From Lingula anatina (taxonomy: Eukaryota > Animalia > Brachiopoda), in the NCBI GenBank assembly GCA_051362555.1, contig CM120640.1, forward strand, positions 46,602,788 through 46,666,787: DNA of 64,000 bases, in the 5' to 3' direction. This document shows, in pieces, positions 14,901-23,420 of the stretch. Positions within the stretch are counted from its first letter, which is position 1, and every line of letters starts with the position of its first letter. The notes below the pieces were generated by a model. The model was not told where the DNA came from, searched no databases, and saw nothing but the letters and a program-made list of their open reading frames with translations. The translations under genes were made by a program, and so were the position numbers.

Positions 14901-17900
14901 TGTTGCTATTATTCACAAGAACCTTCACCACTGTCCATAACAGCCCGTGTAACAAGTAGCCCAAGAAGTGCAGTTTGGAGATGCATACCTATGAGCTGGT
15001 CAAACCTATACAGGAGATTGTATCAGTGATTTTTTTCTGCTGAGTTGTTCTGACAATGTGCTTCCTCTTGTGAAGACAGACAAAAAAGATATTTTTCACT
15101 GCCAAGATAACCCTTGATAAAACTAGCCAGAACTTAGAACAAGGCAGCAAAGCTGTCAAATGTACAGACAAAAAACAGAAAATAAAGATGCAAAAAAGGT
15201 AATTTTCTCAATTTTGATGCAATGATAAATAATGCTTATAATAGCACTGTCAGTCAACACTGAATTTTAATCATGCACAACAGGTAACATGTCAATAACA
15301 GGAGCGAACCCAGAGATATTTACTGACAGTATTCGAAAGTATCTTTTTTGATCAATCCTCCATTTTGATGGTCTTCCAACAGAAAAAAATAGATACCAGT
15401 CAATATAAACTTAATAACCTGACTGTCTTCCGGAAGACCCAGAAGATGGTCTCAATCCACCCCTTCAATAAGATTACAGTTTCAGGACCATGAAAGTTCA
15501 AATTCACATGATGAAAGTCTCAATATTTGAATAAATATGTACAAAATAGGTCATTTTGTCAATTTTGATGCAATAATAAATAATACTGTCAATCAACACT
15601 GAATTTTAATCATGAACAACAGATAACATGGTCAATAACAGGAGTGAACAGGAGAGATATTTTCTGACAGTATACCAAATTATCTTTGTTGATCCATCCT
15701 CCATTTTTGATGGTATTCCAACAGAAAAAATAGATACCCGTCAATGTAAACATTAAAATCTGACCATCTCCCAGAAGGCCCAGAAGACAGTCTCATTCAG
15801 CCCCTGCAATAAGATTACAGTTTCAAGACCACAAGAGTTCAAATTCACATAATGGAAATCACAATATGTGAAAAATGAAAACAGCGTATAAAATAATATT
15901 ACATAATGTTTAAAGACACAAAAAACCAATACAATTGCTCATGTGGAAACAAAGAAAATTCACAGCACTTCTGGTGGATGGGAGTTAAAAATCACATTTT
16001 GAAGATGCTGGTGTTTGAAAAATAATTAAAAAATTTTTTTAAAATAAAATGTAAAAAATTCCAATAAAGCTGCTATTCAAACTTTTAATCTAGCTGTATT
16101 AACTTGATATGAATAACCCCACCAAGTCTGAGAAAAATAAGGCACTGTTATTCATCTATAGCATGTTGGCATAACACATTTTTTGTTATAAATTTATTTG
16201 CAATATTAAACACCATTTATCTGCATAATTATCACCAAATCCTAATTAAATGTGACACAGTTAAGAGAGCTAAACCTACGGGACTTTACAGGGAAATCTT
16301 AACGAGTGTTTTATGTAATCTCATTTAATGGCCAATTGAAAATTAATGAGTAGGCAAGTGACTTTATAGACCTTAATTTAATTAGTGATCACCCATGGGA
16401 CAATTTTATAGACGAGACTGCCATCCATACAGTACCATCATATAGCACAAAGGTGTTGCATACATGCTGAAAAAAGTGAAAAAACAGCATTACTTCTCTA
16501 AAAATTACCCGATCATACTGATTTTCGAACTTAACCTGCGTAATATGAATATTCATCAGTTCTGCAAGTTTCAAGCCAAAAGGTAAAATGGTTTTCCACT
16601 TATGTTAACGGTGCTGCATATATGCTGAAAAAAGTGAAAAAACAGCATAACTTCCCTAAAAATGACCCAATCATGCTGATTTTCGAACTCGACCTGCGTA
16701 TTATGAATATTCATCAGTTCTGCAGGTTTCAAGCCAAAAGATAAAACGGTTCTTCACTTATTGTGTTATCGGTGAAAGTGCACGGCGACGACGACAGACG
16801 CAGATGATGGCTATATGTACAGACACATCTGTGTCTGTACATAAAAAATATGTCCTTTAATATTCATATTTCACAGTCCAGTTCTGGTCATCTTAGGTTG
16901 GAATATCTTCCATCTGTCAGGTGATACAATTCGGACTTCAACAACATACAGTACAGAGTTAAAAGGTAATATGTAATGATATTTTGTTATACTTATACCC
17001 TCCAAATACTGCCAGAAATCATTTCAATTTATAAAGTTTTTTTTATATTTCTTACGTTTGATTTAAGGAGAAACCAAACCTACTTTGAAGTATTGTAGAA
17101 AATAGCTTACATCACATAAAATTCTGTGATAGGTTAAATCATCTTTATTTACATACAAGCAACATGGCACAAGATAGGACACTAAAAAAATATACATGAA
17201 AATAGGTTATCAGCAATTGGCTGTGTACTGGAAGAAGTTTATTACTTCAGTGGTAAAATCCAATAACTCCCAAGAATGCTTAGCAAGATATATCAATCTG
17301 CAAATATCATAGCCGCCTTTCAAAATTACAATAATGTGTTGTTTATAAGCAAAACATTTTTCTTGTTTTTACTTAACATTCATCTGGATATTATCACAGG
17401 TCTTTGAAACTGTTTCTTCTCTGCAGACAGGGCTGTGCATACTGTATTAATATAGATGTAAATAATACTATGGTATTTCAGTGCCTAAAACAAAGCCAAT
17501 GTTGATCTTGGCAAAAACCCAGGTCAGTAATTACCATACAACTGGACATGAAACCAGTATATAAAACTTAATCTACATTCAGTTAGATCTACAGAGCTGT
17601 TCCATCCTTTCCTGTAAATGGAAAACATGCTACAAGAAATTGGATGTATACCACCACGAAAAGATTTTACTTGAATCATATTTCACACCAACTACACATT
17701 AAATTAAATCCTAGTAAGAAATATAGCTCTGTATTCAATTTAACTTATCTGAAGCTACCATGTGAAATTTGACTCAATTAAAAAATCAAAATGGTTGATT
17801 TTTTTTTTTTTTGTTGTGAAAAATAGCGATTACTATTATTATTATTGTATAAGAAAATGGACCTAGTATCAAAATGATCATATACACTAGACAAAAGGTG

Positions 17901-19598
17901 ACCAAAAGTACATGCATCAAGGCATGTAGAAAATCACACTATGCCAGCTTGATAGCCTGATTAAAGAGGGCTGCATTCCAGCAGGCTAATAATAATATCT
18001 TTCAAACCAGGTTTATAATCTCTTGCACTTGGTGTTATGATATTCCTCATGTAGAAAGTTTTATACTTCACTTATTCAAAAGGTTTTCTTTTATGACTTC
18101 AAATTAAAAAAAAAAATTCTAGCTCTATGTTTGTATTCTAATGAAAGAAGAGACAGCAATATGAACAGGGTATTATGTTAGGAATATATGATATTCATAT
18201 AGATATATACTAGTATATGATTCATAAATGTATTTTATATTGTGGCTATCTGACAGAAGAGAACTTATAATCACTGGTGCCTCTGACAATCAATGTCTAC
18301 AATAAAGTTGGGCCAAGAAAAGAGGCACCAAAGGCCTAACATACTAGATATAGGCCTAGACATGTTACTAAGATTGGCTTAGTAAACATGACCTCAGGTT
18401 CACATTATAAACCGAAATAACTCAGGCAACTTACTTTCATAAAGCAAATCTATTCTTCAATTCTATCTTTTTCAAAGTACAGAAAATCAATCATGATTGT
18501 TTGTCAGACAGGATTAAAAAATATTCAAGCATTGTCTGACACCTAAACATATGTATTTCGACATCACTCAACATCAGATATTAAACAAGTAAATGCTTAA
18601 CAGGTGGATTATACATGCTGGCATTATCAGTTTATGGCTTTTAATGATTAAACTCTGTTAATATTGGTGGAACAGAAATACTGATTACAAATGTTCACCC
18701 TTGTCTACAGAAGGTTTAGATCATAATATATCTTTCATTTACCATTCAAAAATTGTATTCAAAACTGTGTCAAACAAAACTGAAATGATTGTTTCTAAAT
18801 ATTATAATACAATTGATTTGCATAAAAATGTTAAAATGACAAAAGAGAAAACTGACACATATTTTAAGCTTTGGGGAAATTAGTGAGGTAGTCAAGTCTT
18901 TAATCAAGGATGTCCAAAATGCAGATCAACCTATGTTATGACTGATAAACATCTAATCAAGATGTTAGAGAAAATGGGCAGTAGGGCAAACTCGGGAAAA
19001 TCAGTACATCTAAGTGAAACCTGTGAGGCTTCAGTGGGTGTTTTCCTCACTTAATGTCAAGTTTTCAAATTTTACTTCATGTGAACACATATTTCCAAAA
19101 TACTGGCTAAAACAGGATATAACCGAACTATATTTTGAAACTTACAAGTATGAAAATTAATAACATATGATAAGGCAAACGTCCCAGGTGTTATTCTAAA
19201 AAATAAAACCGACCACTCTTATAACTGAGTGGCAATACAAAGATTTAAAATAGAGAGCCGAATTTATCAGAAATTCCCAACTTAAAGTCAAGAGTAAGAG
19301 GTGTGAAGCGAGCTATGATTTATCTGCCCATAAAATATTTCAATTTGTTGCATGATTGTAACTATAATCGGATAAATATGACCGACCCTCAAAACCCACT
19401 CTATTCCATGAAAAAGAAATTGCACAGATCTACAATCTCACCTAACACAAATGCCAAACTTATGCCTACCTCCTCTCTTCTCTTTTGCCATCTGCCACAT
19501 GGACTCTCTTCTAAAACATCGCTTTCGTCCTCTTCTGTTTCATCCCCGCTGTCATGCTGAGAACGCTTCTCAGATTCACCACTACCTTTACTGCTCAT
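2929..19598 (-). CDS. NRBP1: Nuclear receptor-binding protein (NRBP1/2, Madm orthologue), pseudokinase; 14 coding exons
   Basis: Exons, all GT-AG and phase-consistent: 19470-19598, 14122-14244, 13686-13787, 12817-12941, 12520-12614, 11905-11988, 7421-7479, 6945-7043, 6554-6686, 6133-6232, 5015-5071, 4494-4680, 3991-4113, 2929-3090. Translation includes EESPCGRWQKRREEV, AFLAMDTEEGVEVVWNEV, VIFITEYMSSGSLKQFLK, HGNLTCDTIFIQHNGLIKIGSVAPDAIHNHVKT (no HRD/DFG, so a pseudokinase), BC-box-like SLKLLAAH and LRMDDKMNRQL, all NRBP hallmarks. Confidence 0.96.
8297..10462 (+). mobile_element. Helentron-associated non-autonomous element (HINE/pearl-like), family 1 copy 1
   Basis: Starts AACAAGGCAGCAAAGCTGTCAAATGTACAGACA. 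Contains an internal ~337-bp duplication (~8357-9030), a 161-bp tandem array and a (CGA/CGG)-type microsatellite at ~10386-10415. Ends with hairpin TATGTACAGACACA-TC-TGTGTCTGTACATA (10429-10458) followed by an A-run. Confidence 0.8.
9430..10380 (+). repeat. ~161-bp tandem satellite array, ~6 copies
   Basis: The GTGTTATCGG anchor recurs at 9721, 9883, 10044, 10205 and 10366 (variant); monomers are A-tract rich. Confidence 0.9.
15138..16847 (+). mobile_element. HINE family 1 copy 2
   Basis: Same 5' end and identical 3' hairpin (ATGTACAGACACATCTGTGTCTGTACAT) as 8297-10462. Two 161-bp monomers at ~16460-16780, and an internal tandem duplication that includes MITE-derived sequence (~15300 and ~15640). 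Confidence 0.8.
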
Positions 19599-19934
19599 TC
19601 CGATCAAAATCTTACCGAAAAATCGGTAAATTTTGATCTGTTCTTCTTAGATCTCTATAGTGCGTACAATATTTGAAATAACTACTGACAGTCGTTCCTT
19701 TCCACACTTTCTCATCTGCATATCTGGGTTAGGTTCGGGCTGATGAAATATGTGGTTTTGATTGGTCAAATTATAGGGTTACTGCTAATAGCAGGAACTT
19801 GGCAAGATAATAGCGGCACTGCCGCAACGTGACTCCCCAAGCTAGCGTTTATATCTGAAAATAAGGGAGATTTCTTTTTGAAGATTTAAGTCACAGTTAA
19901 AGAAATACGTCAATATGTGCACATCAATGAAATG

Positions 19935-20235
19935 CAGGGGTGGATCCAGAATTATTTGAAGGGGGGGGGGGGGGGGGGGGGGGGGGCGGGGGCGAAGCCG
20001 AAACTCCCCGCCCCCCCCCCCCTCGGCGTGGGTTCGGGGCCCGCTTAAGGACCCCGAAAAAAATGGTATTTTAGAGGGTGAATGCTGTCATTTGGTACGG
20101 TTTAGAACTATGATTCAGCAAGTCAATTTCTAATTTCAAGAGGAGACCATTATAGTGTGATTTTTTTTTCAGAAATACAGTAGAAGGGGGGTCAGGACCC
20201 CCCCCCCCCCCCGACCCCATCTAAATCCTCCACTG
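19935..20235. mobile_element. MITE with CAGGGGTGGAT-type TIRs and 5-bp TSD
   Basis: Imperfect TIRs CAGGGGTGGAT / ATCCTCCACTG; AAATG duplicated at 19930-19934 and 20236-20240; internal poly-G and poly-C runs. Confidence 0.7.
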
Positions 20236-21594
20236 AAATGTATCAAAAGTTCTGACAGATAATTGAAAATTCAATGGCAATGTGTTATCTTTCAATCAAA
20301 AAAATGTAAATCAAATGAAACTATAAACGGTATTAAAAGTTCACCAAGGGAATGGGGGCTGGGCACTGTGAGAAAAAGTTTAATTTGCTCGATGAAAAAT
20401 AAGGTTTGAGTGAATTTTCGCTGTTGCAAATTCGGCCACTATTGAAGCATCTATGACCTTCTATCATTCTAAATTTACAGTTACATTTGACTTAATGTAT
20501 GATTGTCCACTCAGACTCCACTGACATTAAGTACAAACACTTTTGACATTTACAACATTTGTGAAGGAAATGGAAAATTCTCAATTTGAAAGTTATACCA
20601 TTGTTGCTCAAAAACCTATTAACCCATTGTAGCCCTCGTCATCAAAACAAACGGCAGCCATACTGGAGGGAGACCGGAATCGTCTGCTGCGCATGATCAT
20701 GTCTACATGTACAATTTAGCATTTAATTTCTGTGTTTTCTTTGATATTAAACCGAGTAAAATGATGAATTACTGCAGGGTATATGATAGAGAGAAGATAA
20801 ATAACTTAACAAGCGTTCACAGACTGCCTGCAGTGGTAACAATCCAAGGTGTAGGGACGAAAACCGTAAACGGAGGAGAGACTGAGGAGTGGCTTTGAAT
20901 CAAGACTCATCGGACAAGTAAAGGATAAAACTAATTTATTTTACAGCAAAGAATGAAGACCCAGCTGTGCAGCCTTTACCATAAAAGAAAAAAAAAGTAG
21001 AAAACCAATGACCGAGGTGTATAAGATATGAGCGCACGTACACTGCATATTAGTAGTGCCCAAAAAGTCTTGGTGGAAAGTGTGTTGTAAAAACGTGTGG
21101 AAATACCCAGGCAGGGTTTCGACTTTCATTATGAAGACTCACTTATTGCCTTGGGTGTAATTTGTTATCAGTTATGGTGCTCTTTGGATTTTATCTGCTG
21201 TCATCTACCTCTTTAATACCTGGTTAGCATTATTGTCAATTAGTGTCAAGGCTACAGTACAATGTACACAGCTCAGCTGGGCCAATTAAATCAATTACCT
21301 GTGTCATGTGTATTTGGAAGTTAGTGGCTTGATTTTAGATTTAGTGTAGTGTTAAGAGTAAATCTGTTTTGTAAGTATATATTCTAGCTCAGGTACCATT
21401 TAATTGAATGAACTTATGAAATGAATTTGAAAAATGTTGAATTCTGTGTTTTCCTACTGTATTATGATGCAAGTTACAATATGAATAAAAATAACTATTG
21501 TTACCTTTTTTGTTAATTTACATTTAGGAAATTGATCTGAAATTTTCCCACCAAGCCACACTGAATGATTGGGTGCAAATAAATCTTGGTTATC

Positions 21595-21595
<1 letters not shown>

Positions 21596-21638
<43 letters not shown>
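21596..21638. repeat. Poly(A) tract, ~43 nt
   Basis: Direct reading; AATAAA lies 12 nt upstream (21578-21583), compatible with a retroposed tail. Confidence 0.8.
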
Positions 21639-21640
<2 letters not shown>

Positions 21641-22524
21641 TGACAGGTACAAAAGGCAGCTAGATGGCACACAAGGTAGAAGCAGCGAAAAAATATTCTT
21701 ATATCTTTGTGACCAGCTGAGGAGACAGGATCTGAACATCAGGAGAGTGAAATTCAGTGCATGACAGGAGTTATTTAATTGGATTTGTTTATTTATTTCA
21801 TTGTTCATTTGTTGTTTTAAAGTTGTTATCCTGATAGCTTGCATACAACAAGGACAGGTTTTCTATTTATTTAGAATTGTGAGCAGAAGCACAAGAAGAA
21901 ATGAAAACACTTTTTTCTTTCTCATATGTTTAAAGGCTAAATGGAAAAGTTTGCAAGAAATATAAAATTTTGTATGGTGCACCTCCCACAGATGGTCTGA
22001 TATGCAGAAACAGATGGCTGTTGTACATGTAGGTTGTCACTGTTGTGCATTTTTAAATTGTGACCACCAGTTGTGGAATTCTCCTAAATAAAATTACAAA
22101 CTGCTTAGTAACACCATCTAAGGCCTAATATGTACATACCCACACAGCACATATCAATTGTGAGTCTTCAATCAAGCATTTCTCTAGACATAGATTAAAA
22201 ATATACTAAACAGGTTTCTCAAATTATGGTGGCTTGATTCGACTTAATATGCTCATGTACATGTTGCATTGCATCATTAAAAGTATGGAAATATTTTTCA
22301 TGTCAGTGTTATCAACCAAAAGGAAAGGGACCCTGATAATCTGTCATTGAATTGTGCAACAATGTTTTGCATTTCATGTTTACTTTTATCCATACAAAAT
22401 GTGCATTTTCCTATATTTTCAATCAAATAAAGATCAATTCATGAGCTGACTTGTTGTTATGTTACATTGAATGTCATAAGTTTGAAAAATACTTTGCTTC
22501 TGTGAAGGTCTGGACTAATAATAA

Positions 22525-23030
22525 AATGCTAACAATGTTGCTACTGTGAATGGTTGAATTCATGGTAAAATATTGAACTCTCAAACAACAGTCATGTTAC
22601 AAATACTTCCTAATGAACCAAAATGAAGCACAAGAATGCTGAAATAATTTCTGACAGCTTCATGATGTACAGTTAAATCATATCTGACAGCAATATTTCT
22701 TGTCACAACCCTGCATACTCTCTTCTTTGAGTCCGTAAGGGTTGATCCCGATAGTCAGCTCAAATTTCTCCTTATATCTATCCTTTATGTACAAAGTTGC
22801 TTCTATGAAAGGTTGAACTTATGATTACACAGTAAACTCTCTAAAGCTATAACTTTTATTACCCAATGAACAAGAAAAATGAAGTACAAGATAACTGAAC
22901 TAGCTTCTGACAACATTCCACGATGTTGGGATACAGGGGTAGGTCAGGATTTCACGTCTTTGGACTGTCTTGAGTTTATATGGGTCGATCACGCTGATCA
23001 GCTGAAGTTTTCACATGTATATACTATTTT
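22525..23030. repeat. Old diverged tandem duplication, period ~260 bp
   Basis: TTGCTACTGTGAATGGTTGAATTCATG (22538) vs TTGCTTCTATGAAAGGTTGAACTTATG (22797); AATGAAGCACAAGA vs AATGAAGTACAAGA; GGGTTGATCCCG vs GGGTCGATCACG. Confidence 0.65.
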
Positions 23031-23099
23031 CCTTTTGGTGTACTTGATCACGATATGAAGATTATTTCATTTTATTTGGTTCACCTATATTTACGCTAC

Positions 23100-23420
23100 T
23101 ATTCCCCGTCGTTCTTTCCCTCCAGAATGGCCGCTGGACGAGTGTTACGGAGCAAATATGACGTCACTGTAATCGGTTAAAAGGACACAAAAGAGGATTT
23201 TCGCGCCAAAATTGATTTATCCTGATTTATCCCGAGGTTAACACTACTTTTCCGCGATTTACCAACCTTTAATCTATCATTCCCGGCACTCGCCATCGCT
23301 CTGTAACATTTTTGGAAAATACAATAAAAAGAAAACCTCCGCTTAAGCGGAGGTTTACCAACAACCACCTCCATTTTCATAATTGAGCTCTCTAGACTTC
23401 CGGATCTCGCGAGATTCTCG
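23100..23420. promoter_or_regulatory. CpG-rich, probably bidirectional promoter
   Basis: Full CRE TGACGTCA at 23159-23166; E2F-type TTTCGCGCCAAA at 23199-23210; perfect 24-bp palindrome at 23333-23356; TCTCGCGAGA (BANP/CGCG element) at 23405-23414; locally high CpG in a CpG-depleted background. Confidence 0.65.

Noticed and set aside
21454-21844. Poly-Phe/poly-Lys ORFs (and poly-IY at 54753-54974)
   Set aside because: Translations of homopolymer and microsatellite tracts.
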